From Botryllus schlosseri (Eukaryota): a stretch of DNA of 64,000 nt. Shown piece after piece: positions 11,730-22,720 of this stretch. The stretch covers positions 8,556,001-8,620,000 of the forward strand of contig CM119382.1 of the NCBI GenBank assembly GCA_051294905.1, written 5' to 3'. Position 1 is the first letter of the stretch. Every line of letters starts with the position of its first letter. A program made the position numbers and the translations under genes. A model generated the notes under the pieces. It was not told the DNA's origin and ran no database searches. It saw only the letters and a program-made list of their open reading frames with translations.

Positions 11730-12047
11730 AAATTACTCGACTCGACTCAAGTCAATTTCTGTATCGATTTGACCAAGTCCTTTAAGTCATACAACCAATA
11801 CTTGTGAAATAGGCCCGGCAACTGTCGATTATCTGTTTGCATTTGAGCATGCTCATTGTTCATAGTGATAAAAATGAGTACATTTTGAATGCGAGACCCC
11901 AGATATCACCCTAGAGTTTCACAGAAGTGAATTGAACGATGTGACTCGAACTCAACCCGTTGCTCCCTGACTTGACGGCGAACTGAAAATGACTCGAGTC
12001 AAAACTATAGATTAATCAGATTGACTTGTGACTTAGCTACAGCCCTG
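11730..12047 (-). mobile_element. Partial copy of the GACTCGAGTC MITE family
   Basis: gactcgagtc repeats; ends gacttagctacagccctg. Confidence 0.7.
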
Positions 12048-12639
12048 CTGAAAACAGTTTTCCTGGCTTAACTTTCGGTTAAGATGTTCAGCTGCCTTGA
12101 TTAGGCCTATCTATGGTGGATTTGGTGTGGCGATCAATTTTAACCTATGTTGGAATTAGTAAATTAGTAGGCTTGGTTACAATGTTTGGGAATTTGTGGT
12201 TGATTTTTTGTAAGTGTGGCATTTGCTCTATCCTCATTTATGATGATCTGAATAAAAGTAACTGAAATTGAAAATATTGTCTCAATTGGAAGACAATAGT
12301 AAATTCATGTTGTATTGAACCCGAATATTTTCAGCAGTAGACATTTGGAAAGAACTTTGTATATCAAAAATCGTATACAACAAAACATGACATCGCCGGC
12401 ATGAAATGTCGAGTGTCAGCCGGAAATAATCGGATTCATTACAATATGAATATGCTATTCAATTGTATATAGAAGTTCTACACCTCCAAGAAGCTTTTCA
12501 ATAGGAATATTGTCTTCCTATTAAATTTTGTTCGACTAGTTTTGTTATGGCAAGATAGCATGTTCTGTTTATTATTACATGTTTTTCTTGAAACGAAACT
12601 GCTTCAACCTTTTTTGTTAGTGATCATCATTGTTATTAT

Positions 12640-12659
12640 TAAATATTTTCAACTTGCAG
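12640..12659 (+). promoter_or_regulatory. 3' splice or trans-splice acceptor 41 nt upstream of the SMPD4 ATG
   Basis: aaatattttcaacttgcag ending at 12659, preceded by T-rich sequence. Confidence 0.55.
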
Positions 12660-12700
12660 ACTTTAATTACTGACAAATCACGCATTATCCTATAAGCGAT

Positions 12701-14791
12701 ATGAAGCCATCTGAGGCTGAAGTAAAAACATCATTATCGACAGCACTGTCCGGCGCCACAATCCGAGACATATGCCGAAACCTGACTCAATTAATTGACT
12801 CGTGCGACACCCAGAATCTGGAAATTCTATTCCACGACATCATGGACGATATTATCTTGAAACGACCGTTTAAATGGGGATTAAAAAGCGAAAATTTGTC
12901 ACGCGAGGACTCGTTCTGCGTTCGCGATTTCATGGGATTGCAAGGGCCGCTTTTTAGACTTGTTCAACGTATGATGCAGCACGGAATGCAGTGCGTCGTG
13001 CCGATTCCTTACTATTCCGAATACCACGAAGGGCCCAATCGAATGTCTCCGTTTGAAGCTTTTTTCGTATACCTGGCTCATTTCATAACGGTCAAGCCTG
13101 CCTTTGTGGACATCGGTCACGAGTCATGTCTGCCGACATTTAGCCAGCATAATTCTAGCATCCAGAATTTGGAGGAAGCCCCATACTTCTTGTTACTCGG
13201 CGAATACTTTAGCTACTATTTCCCGATGACATCCGATACAAAATCTCCGAGCCTAAACCTAGGAATGCCGTTGAAATCATCTCCAAAGCCTTACCGCTCT
13301 ATCGCGCAATCCCGATCATTGCTTCGGCATAACGCTTCGAAAATCACATCACACGGAGAAACCTTGAGCTGTGACGTGCTGGCACAGCTTTTTTCCAAAC
13401 TGTGGATGGAAGATTATTTCAACAAAATCGGTGGCGCCATGGAAAGAAAAATACCGACGCAGAATCACGTCCGCGCAATTCGCCTTCTTGTGAAACATGT
13501 GCATTTCTTCTTCAACGCCCACACGGAGAACATAAGGCAATTGCGTTCCGAATCGCTTTGGGAGCAGGTCAATTCCGGCATCATGAATAAATTCGCACCA
13601 AAGTTGTACGATTTTCTGCTGCACTGCTTTGAGATTTGGCCTCGCGACCAATCGTTTCGTATCGTGCTCGAGACTTGGTTGAGCTTTATACAACCTTGGA
13701 GGTATGTTAGCAAAGATGGAATTGTTCGCTCTGATGCAGCAGTGAGCAACGACTGGTACTGGTTTGTGTATCAACATCTGCGCTTTTACTCTTCATTATT
13801 TCAAGCTGCTATAAAAAGACTCAAATGCACGGATCTCGGCACCCCGGCGAATTCCTTTCTGCTTTCACGTGTTGCCAAAGTATTCAAGCAGGCCAACCTG
13901 ATCACGCTTGTCGATCAGGCACAAGAGAATTCGATTCACGAAATGTCAAGATCCTACGGTAGCTATCTGATGACGTCTTCCAATAGTGTGAAGTCTGACG
14001 ATGGCATGTTTTCTCGCGAGTTTACAGACATAGTGGCTCAGCTGATGGATACTATCAGTCAAGTTCTCGAGTCTTTGAGAGATAGCTCCAATGAGGGTGA
14101 CACAAACGATTTTTCTAGCAAAACTCTGAAATTTTTTGGCTACGGCGCACTGCTCGATTCTAGTTCTGATAGAAATTCAGTAACGGACGCAGAAAACACA
14201 AAGCAGAACTTGAAGTCCGCCATGACATTTTTGTCTGATACATTCGATCTTCCAGTACCAAAGTTGGCCGCATCACGTCCTGTGTCACCAGACGGAAAGC
14301 CGGAGATAGCCGATCACCATGTGGACGATAATGGCCGCATTTTGTTGTCGCCTACCGGGAGATATCAGCTACGTAATAACTTGCGTAAATTCCCGGTCAC
14401 TCTCAACACCGACCCTGAACTCTGGCCCATTTGCGGATACGAGTGCGCCTTTTTGGTCCGATTTTTTTTCGCGCTGTCGTCGAAGTTCAATAGGAAGTAC
14501 CGGTCGAAAATGGATGCTTTGTGCAGGGAAAGGACTTTTGTCGGTAAAGCGTGTCGGTGGTTTTGTGTGCCGCGAATTGACGCGACGCGGTATAGGGTGA
14601 ATAAACGACTCGAGCCGCGGTTGAGTTTGAGGTTCCTGGCCCATTATCGTAATCTTGTTGGTTTGTTCACGGTTTTCCTGTTTCTGTGGTTGTTTGGATT
14701 TAGCTTTCCGAAGAGTCTGTTTAACGTTCTTGGCTTCACTGCAATTGTTGTTTTTATCCAAATTCTGTTCAGCTCTGATGATGTGTATTAA
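12701..14791 (+). CDS. SMPD4: Sphingomyelin phosphodiesterase 4 (neutral sphingomyelinase 3), intronless CDS, 696 aa
   Basis: Motifs matching SMPD4: SPFEAFFVYLA, PTQNHVRAIRLLVKHVH, WPRDQSFRIVLETWLSFIQPWRY, DPELWPICGYE, PRLSLRFLAHYR; C-terminal hydrophobic membrane anchor. Confidence 0.92.
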   Translation: MKPSEAEVKTSLSTALSGATIRDICRNLTQLIDSCDTQNLEILFHDIMDDIILKRPFKWGLKSENLSREDSFCVRDFMGLQGPLFRLVQRMMQHGMQCVVPIPYYSEYHEGPNRMSPFEAFFVYLAHFITVKPAFVDIGHESCLPTFSQHNSSIQNLEEAPYFLLLGEYFSYYFPMTSDTKSPSLNLGMPLKSSPKPYRSIAQSRSLLRHNASKITSHGETLSCDVLAQLFSKLWMEDYFNKIGGAMERKIPTQNHVRAIRLLVKHVHFFFNAHTENIRQLRSESLWEQVNSGIMNKFAPKLYDFLLHCFEIWPRDQSFRIVLETWLSFIQPWRYVSKDGIVRSDAAVSNDWYWFVYQHLRFYSSLFQAAIKRLKCTDLGTPANSFLLSRVAKVFKQANLITLVDQAQENSIHEMSRSYGSYLMTSSNSVKSDDGMFSREFTDIVAQLMDTISQVLESLRDSSNEGDTNDFSSKTLKFFGYGALLDSSSDRNSVTDAENTKQNLKSAMTFLSDTFDLPVPKLAASRPVSPDGKPEIADHHVDDNGRILLSPTGRYQLRNNLRKFPVTLNTDPELWPICGYECAFLVRFFFALSSKFNRKYRSKMDALCRERTFVGKACRWFCVPRIDATRYRVNKRLEPRLSLRFLAHYRNLVGLFTVFLFLWLFGFSFPKSLFNVLGFTAIVVFIQILFSSDDVY

Positions 14792-15854
14792 TCGATTTCA
14801 ATGAATTTTTAGTGGTGATTTTGTCGCAAGCGCAACTTAGTTTTTGTTTTAATGGGATTGATGCTTAATGGGGGGGCTCGGTGACTATTTATATTGCCAC
14901 CAAATTTTGCATCTCGCAAATTGAGTAATTCGATATTGCTACCTTGTAACAGAATTTATGTTCTGTTCTTTTTTATTACGTTATTTTGATGAGGGAAGTG
15001 CCATGCAAACTGCCAGGCAATATACCTCAGGAAAGCACACTTTTCCTATGGTTATAGCTCAGACGCAATTCTGCACCTACATGTATATTTTCATTGCTGG
15101 TATGCTGCTGGAGTCGTACACTGCTAGTTACTGCCCTTCCGCAAAAAATGGATACGATCTAACCGAAATTTCTTGAATTTGAATGTTCTTAACCTTCCCG
15201 CAATGTGCTGGTATGTGGTATGCGGCATACTGTACTTTGTATTCAATGGTTCTGGATGAAAATATCATAATATTATGCATTGAAGCCCACGTCTTCTCAA
15301 GACCTGAGAATTGAAATAGTGATCTCTGTTTACAACACTATCAAAGCGGTGTCCGACAGTTCATTGTCTGCCCTGCTTGGTGTTGTAGTTAATATTTTGA
15401 CCTATGTTTAATGCAATCATTGTTTTTTTATAGATGCCAGTTCACCGACAACCGATTCAATCTCATCAACAGCCCTTCAACTCTGAGATCTGGAGTTCCG
15501 ATTTTAGAACTATTTCCGTCACTCGTATATCTGAAACCGTTTTATTGTAACGAATAACAACAGATAGCAATCATATTTTCATGATTTTCAAAGCGGAAAA
15601 ACGCGGTAACATAATATCATTGTCAATGACATTTTTGGCAATCTAGAAATCTAACAAACGCAATGCTACGTATCTACTGATTTTTATGGAGTACTGCAGG
15701 AGTATGCTGTTCGGTAATGTTTATCTCCAGCCTCTCAAGATGGAAACAATAGTGCCGATTGTCATAACACTTGCAATTCCCTCTGACTTTTCAAGGGTCC
15801 AACAGTTGGTAGCAGCGAAAAAAAATCAAATTAGGAGCACTCGTCACACAGTTT

Positions 15855-17207
15855 TCAAATCGATTGCGCGAAATCTTCCGCAGACTGCAGCAAATCGTTC
15901 CTGTACTGTAATATTTTCGACCACGATTTTCGGTTCTTGTGCAGGGTCGTGTTTTTGTTGCATTCGTAATGAAATTCGGGTCCCGTCATTTCGTACCATT
16001 TTGGCTTCGGGCCGCGGATTCTTTCCAGTTCTGACTCGCGTTTTAATTGGAGCAAGTACTCCTCTTCTACACGCAACCGGTGGAGTCTTAACCTGGCAAG
16101 CTCTTGCTGATAGGGGCTGTTTTCGACTAGTGCTCGACGTGTGTCGATTTTGTCAGCAGACGATAGGAACCTCAATTCGGTTTCGCTGGGTAAAGGGTGA
16201 ATTTGCCTTGGATAGGTACCTGAGCTGAGAGACTTGTGATGTGTTACAGATCTTCCTTGTGCAAATAGCCCCGTGTTCTTTGGGGCAGATGTAGGTCGTT
16301 GCCTGGGCCGTTGCGTTGATTGTTTGAGCTCAGGTGGTGGTTGGGAGCATGCGTTTGTATTCCACGATACAGGCATCCAGCGAGGTTTTGGATCGGGAGT
16401 TTTACTCCTTGCTTTAACAGGCGCTCTTACCGGGAAATGAGGCACTACAGTTACTTCTGAACTATTCTCTTTTGAACCTGTAGTAGGGCGTTGCTCTTTG
16501 ACAGGGAATTTTGGAGGTAGGAGTGATCGTATTCCGACAATATGAGGTGCTGTGAGTCGCACAGGGAAGGTCTCCATGCTGGCTGCTAAACCAGATGAAG
16601 TGAGCTGCCCGTCCACGTTCTTAGTAGCCATTTCTGCTCCGAATATTCCGGCGCCGCGGTTACGTGGCGAGACCATTTTCGGTCTGACACCTTTACTTTC
16701 GCTAGCTTCGAAGTCTCCAATTGACGTCGATAAATGCCGAGGATCGCGAAACCAAGTGGAATCTTCTGGTGGTAAATGAGAAACGGCTTCATCGTCCTTC
16801 CTGCGTAAGAGCATTGTGAGCGTTTCGTCCTGTTGGTACGTTTGTGTGTTCTCTTTCGTGAATTCGTCGATGTACCTGTTCTCGTCATAGTAGGAGCTGT
16901 CCCTGGCGAATACTCTGCTTTTAGCGTAGTTTTCTTCCAAACTGTCGTTTAGATTTTTAATATCTGACTTAAGCTTTGATAAGGTAAACTCCAGTTGTTC
17001 AAGAGACGGCACTTTTTCGGACGTTTCGTTCGAGATTGAAGCCATTGCCGACGCTGGACGTTGGGGATCACGAGTATGAGTCCTATGATTCCCAGCAAAA
17101 TTCAAACTGGCGCTAAGGTTCTTGCTTGTTAATGTTTTCTGCGAATTCCCGAAATATGTTTGGTCACGATCTTTCAGGGGCTCCGTTTTCCCAATAACTC
17201 CAAACAT
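15855..17207 (-). CDS. Uncharacterised 450-aa protein, disordered body with helical C-terminal domain
   Basis: Long ATG-initiated ORF with coding-like composition; C-terminus QELARLRLHRLRVEEEYLL...GPKPKWYEM...EFHYEC looks conserved but I cannot name the family. Confidence 0.85.
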   Translation of the reverse strand: MFGVIGKTEPLKDRDQTYFGNSQKTLTSKNLSASLNFAGNHRTHTRDPQRPASAMASISNETSEKVPSLEQLEFTLSKLKSDIKNLNDSLEENYAKSRVFARDSSYYDENRYIDEFTKENTQTYQQDETLTMLLRRKDDEAVSHLPPEDSTWFRDPRHLSTSIGDFEASESKGVRPKMVSPRNRGAGIFGAEMATKNVDGQLTSSGLAASMETFPVRLTAPHIVGIRSLLPPKFPVKEQRPTTGSKENSSEVTVVPHFPVRAPVKARSKTPDPKPRWMPVSWNTNACSQPPPELKQSTQRPRQRPTSAPKNTGLFAQGRSVTHHKSLSSGTYPRQIHPLPSETELRFLSSADKIDTRRALVENSPYQQELARLRLHRLRVEEEYLLQLKRESELERIRGPKPKWYEMTGPEFHYECNKNTTLHKNRKSWSKILQYRNDLLQSAEDFAQSI

Positions 17208-17309
17208 ATCCTTCCATATACTGAGGAACTGTGCCGCAGCGTCCCTTCAATGCTATGGCGACGCCTCTTTGCACGGGCGTCACCATGTGGTTCAGTCCCA
17301 TTGCTGCAG

Positions 17310-17349
17310 CATAGCAATTTACAGCGTAGCTACGCTGTAAATTGCTATG
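17310..17349. repeat. Perfect 40-bp palindrome
   Basis: catagcaatttacagcgtag|ctacgctgtaaattgctatg. Confidence 0.97.
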
Positions 17350-17637
17350 GCTGCAGCATATTGCGGCGTACCCGCAGCATAGCTATGCCCGCAGTATGGT
17401 TGTTCAAAAATAACTTTTTTTCCGGATTCCAGGAATTCACTGATTATATTTTCAGGTTGCCTAAATCGATGCACAATGATTTTGGTTCGATTCCAACTGG
17501 CAGATGTGAACGCACAGGAACTGGAAGATTTTAATTTATTTATTATAATTTATACAAAATGAGGTGGCATGTCACAGAAGCGAGATCGAAATGTCCTGTC
17601 GTGGTCCGGTAAATTTCCACAAATTGTACATTAGTAC

Positions 17638-17677
17638 CATAGCAATTAACAACGTAGCTACGTTGTAAATTGCTATG
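17638..17677. repeat. Second copy of the 40-bp palindrome (1 internal mismatch)
   Basis: catagcaattaacaacgtag|ctacgttgtaaattgctatg. Confidence 0.95.
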
Positions 17678-17829
17678 TTAGTACTAATAACATGTCCTGA
17701 TACATATTCCCCCCCACTGCATTTGATCTCGAGATAAGTTGTGTTTGATACCACATAACTATACAATCTCACTGTGCGTATATGATTTCAAAAAGGTACA
17801 ATTTGTTCGAATGAAATATACTCTTCGGA

Positions 17830-18150
17830 ATTTTGCCATTGAGAGAACAAGAGTATTTGGTTTCCAATACTAGCCAGTCTTCAGGATTACCGGACCACAA
17901 CCTAACATCGACCTCGCCCTCCGCCACATGCCACCTCATTTTGTCGCTTGCGTCTTATATTCTCTGCATTACTTTTCATTCAGTGTGCATGCCTCTTATT
18001 TACTTCGCCTAGGCTAAGGTGGGTGTCTGATCTTAATGACTACTCCAAGTTGTTTCGACACCTTCCTATCTTTTCATTGTATCGCAGTCTTGTGATGTTT
18101 CGAAACGATGAAAATATTAATAAATCTGATTGATTGATTGATTGATTGAT
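17830..18150 (+). mobile_element. Probable 3' end of a LINE/SINE
   Basis: Ends in aataaatct followed by a (GATT)n tail, typical of retroposon 3' ends. Confidence 0.45.
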
Positions 18151-20224
18151 CCTTGGCGTCCTTCACAAATCGTAAATTGATATTTCAAAGTAATGGCTCT
18201 TGCCCGGGCTGGAAACCACTGCTTGGTTCGGTCACGTTCTCACTTCTACCACATTAATCTGCCTCATCTATGTCCGGTGACCATCTTTAGTACTGTAATA
18301 CTATTTTATCTCTATCTCTCTCTCTCTGTCGCATTGCTTACGTTTAGGATTGCTACTCCCAGACATCTAAGGAAAACCCGATCCATATCCGGTTCCATCT
18401 TGTTACTTCAAAGTAGGTGGACCGCAATCTAGCAAGTCGAGCCACGGATCAGCTTTAGTTGATTTGCAACCACGGGATTGTGTTTCTTATATTTGCATAT
18501 CCCGTACTCGAATGTAGGCAATATTTCACGCTATATATTATGCGTTATTTGGCGTCTTCAGAGTTTTATATTTGCCCGAGCCCATTTGTATTTTACTTTT
18601 TCTTGTTATATTCAAATGACGAAAATATAATACCACGAAGTTGCGTCCATGTTGATGTTGAAGTGTCTGTCTGCTTAGTTAACTCTTCGCTGTTGAATTA
18701 GTGTGTGAACTTTGTGTGATAAAAAAACATTTCTGCCTTATAGATACCAGTATTTTATTGTTTACCAAATTACTGTACCTCATGGCTCATTCTGTATTTT
18801 GAATTGAGAAGTAAGGTGGCGTATCTATATCTAGCTTTGCTAACAATTGCTAAAACAATTGTAAAAAAATATGCTCGTAACGAATTCACTGAAGGACTTG
18901 CTATCCATAATTGTGCGAATTAGACCGTGGATTCTGAAAATGTCTTTGATGTAGAAGTTTGTTTCCGTACCAGATTTCATTGAAAGTAAAGTAACAACAA
19001 AATGACCTAGTTTACTCCTTATACACCTGATTGAATATATTTACACATGTTTGTAATGTATGGTAATGATATTATAATGCCAATTATGTCGAAACTGTTT
19101 TGTCTGTGATATCATTGCTGATGACTAACGGGAAAAGAATCCAGTTATCGATGAATTGCTATTCATCTTACGACTTTTTGATGACTTTAAAATGGAATCG
19201 AAAATTAGTCTTCTCGTCAGAATTCGTGCCGTATTTTGCATACGTCGTGTCCGAATAAAGTCGAATAATTTTAAGGCAGTGACTCGAGTCAAAACAAGTC
19301 ATTCAGTAAACATGTATATTCATCCAAACAAGCAAGACCTTGTATTTATATATTTGAATGTCTCTATGAACTCTACTTATAATTAGCAACATCATTAGCA
19401 ATATAACATGAGGTCGCGAATGCTTGAAAAGGTAATTTTAGGTTCATCAACACTGTGTGGCTTGTAGGTAATAATGTTAGGATGCAGTACAGCTTAGTAT
19501 ATACAATACATTCATAAAATTTTCTACTGTGATGCCTGCCAAAATAAAGTTTCTGACTATTATTAGAAGTGTCAATTCTAGAACCACATAGGCACATGCT
19601 ATGATATTGTAGATAGAATAAAAAATGCAACATTTATGCTGTTGCAATGAAAGTATTATCAGTTATACTTATCAAAATGAATATTTCGATATTTCTTCAT
19701 TATTATTATGACATGGTGTTCATCATAATATTGCATATAATCTCTACACGAATATGTTGCCTCTGAACAATATGAACATGAACATGCATATAGCACCAAG
19801 ATACAAGTTTTGGATGGTATGTGATAAAGCCATTAATAGTATCAATGCCTGGGTATAAACCATAAAGTACTGAAACGATTATTGCCGCTGATAGAATAGC
19901 TATTTTTTTGAAAGGTTTTTTGAAAGGAGCGTGGTAACTGGTCGGTTGACTTCACCACTCCACTGTAATTGTTTCACTCAGTTCTAGTTATATGGCCGAT
20001 ACACTATTTACGGAGTTATTTGGACTTGAATCAATCTTTGACTAGGTCGATTGAGCCACAAATGTATTGTAGGATACATTGGCGGTAGTTTTCTGTCGTT
20101 ATATCTTACAATGGTTGTATTGATATGATAGGCTACTAGCGATTCCATCTAGCGACGTGCCGAAAATAGCATAGCATGACCATAAGATAACTGGCAAATA
20201 TACAAACCTGTTACTTCTATACGG

Positions 20225-20787
20225 CTGGGGTGGTCAACCCGTGGCCTACGAGGTAATTTTTGAAATAGGTTATATTATCAAAACATAAATTGCCCAGGTA
20301 ATTTATTGTGAAGTTGCAAGGCCAACCAAAGTTTTCATTAGCCTGACCGCGAAATTTAGGATGTTGATGACTAAAATATATATTCTTACGCATTGGTGTA
20401 GCCAGGGGACAGCCACATTATTTGTAGATCCACGTATATTTCCCTAAAGTAGTGTAGGCTATGTCTCGGCAGATTTATTTGAGTCTAAATTTTTCTTACA
20501 CCCAGTGGTATACAGAGGCGACCCACAATATCTGTGAGTAGCAACATTGTTGAACGAATTCATCTATTAACTTTAAATTCTTTTACGCTTAGCGCGGCTA
20601 GATTTGCACAGTCAGTGCTGTTCTATAAATGTTATTGATTTTGACTAAGATGAGTCTTGTTTTCTTCGTTACCTAATGCGGCTTGCTCCTATCGTACTAC
20701 TGAAGAAGGTCATCAACATTCAAGTGGCCTGCTCAATGGTTCGTAAATCTCATGTGGCCCTTTGGCCGAAAAGGTTAGCTACCCCTG
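20225..20787. mobile_element. Degenerate hAT-like MITE
   Basis: Ends ctggggtggtcaacc / ggttagctacccctg; no clear TSD. Confidence 0.5.
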
Positions 20788-22261
20788 GTCTAGGGTATAC
20801 CGCATGGAAGACATCTATATCTTTACTCAGAAATTTGAAAAGATGATGCCAGAAGTTTTCCCCAAACCTGTTCCGAGTTGACAGATAGTAGGGAAGTCCG
20901 CGGTAATGCCTATAACGCGTGAAAATTTTATGATTGAATAGACAGTAGTCAATTTAACAGGAAATGGATATCACCGGGTTGCTTTGAGCCGCAATATTCA
21001 TAAATTGGTATGCCTAACACCGCACAAATTTTGAATTCCAATGTTCACTTTGACAGATCGTTTGCCTGTAAAAGGGAAATGATCATCGATTCTTTTCATT
21101 GGTTGAATCACTAAAAATTCAAAAATAACTTGATCGCCAAATAAGATTGATATGAGGTATATATAGCGAAGAGCTTCATGAGCTGAAAATTGACGCAAAA
21201 AATACCTTCATCATGGCTTAAAGTATTTATTTTTGATTTATTCGAAAATTTTCCGTGTATATTTCATGTCCCAGCCATTGTGCACATCAGGCACATACAG
21301 TTCGCTTCAGACCCAATATCTGCGCAGTCAATGGGGCCTGAAATGCCCTGGGTTGAATGTATGCAATATTTTATTGCTATATACGACATCTCAGTATATT
21401 CAGACAAGTGATATACTCTGTGATATCGTAGCATAGCCACTGCATAGTGCACAACTGCACATGCTTTATATATCACTCAAAGAATTGCTAGTTCGCCTTT
21501 TTCATCTACTAGTACTTTAACATGTTTGAGTTGTTTTCAAATTATTCGCTTTCGACATTGAGCCGTAGCAATGATTTGCGACATGTATACTTTTATAGGC
21601 TATTTTTAAACTCATGTCATTGAATCAATAATTCAACCATTGAGCTGTTGTCACTCGCTGTTAAGGTAGAGAGAGCATGTATGAATCAGCTTCAGGGAAT
21701 TCGGCAATAACATGGCGCTGGGCGTGCGGTGTAATAGCCTCTTGCACGGTGCTGATTATTACGAGCGACCTCTTCAGTTTACTTTTCTTCATTATCTACA
21801 ATATTCTGTTTCGATATCAGGTATTAGTGTGGCTATCAAATGTGATATTTTGCTGCTGTAGCTTCCCGTGAAGTTATCGGATGCATTGATTAGCCTAGAT
21901 GGTACAAAGTATGTGCATTGACTGCGTACACGTTTCATAGTGTAGTGGATTCAAGGATCGTCAGTTGGGATATTCGTATCATCATGATGGAGCATCGGCC
22001 TGCAGATAGGGGTATGTTTTTTTGTTTCATGCTTTTGTGATAGAAAAAATTATTTGGTTGTCTCTTCATTTGATGTTTCATTGTTGAACACTGTTCAGAC
22101 TTGGATAACTGGAAAATTTTCAGTTTTTTTTGAATTAGATTAGAATTGGAATTTTTTTTACAAATTAGACTAGAATAAGAATTATATTCGAACAGTTTTT
22201 TTTCAAATTAGATTAGAATTAGAAATATAGCTACACAGTTTTTTTCAAAATTACATTTTAA

Positions 22262-22720
22262 AGGGGCACTGCACTCTAAAAATGATGTGGTCTCAAATTG
22301 AAGGGCAAAACGCAGTAAAATTTTTACCAGCAGCCGTTAGCCGATGTTATGAACAAGATACGAAATATGTCGTACACGCCAAGGTGGTTTAGATACCGCG
22401 ATCAACGGAAGATATCCAGTCAGGAGATTTATGTCAAAATCGAGCCTAGTGTATTCCATTTCTTTAGGACAGAAATAGATAATGTCCTATTCTTATGTAT
22501 AAAAAATTGTTTATGTATAAAACATTATTAACATCGGCTAACAACAATATAAAGTTTGATCTCTGCGTGACTGCTGGAGCGTGAAGTTTTTGTGGAAATT
22601 TCAATAAATTGCAGCTCCATTATTACGGTGGCGTTCTGAAGAAAACGACTGCTGCCAAATTTTTTTCTTCGTTTTGCTCTTCAATTTGAGACCACATCAT
22701 TTTTAGAGTGCAGTGCCCCT
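22262..22720. mobile_element. Kolobok-like MITE, 459 bp
   Basis: Perfect ~42-bp TIR aggggcactgcactctaaaaatgatgtggtctcaaattgaag; flanked by TTAA (22258-22261) and CTAA. Confidence 0.85.

Noticed and set aside
15686-16888. Several ORFs overlapping the 450-aa gene
   Set aside because: Alternative-frame or antisense shadows
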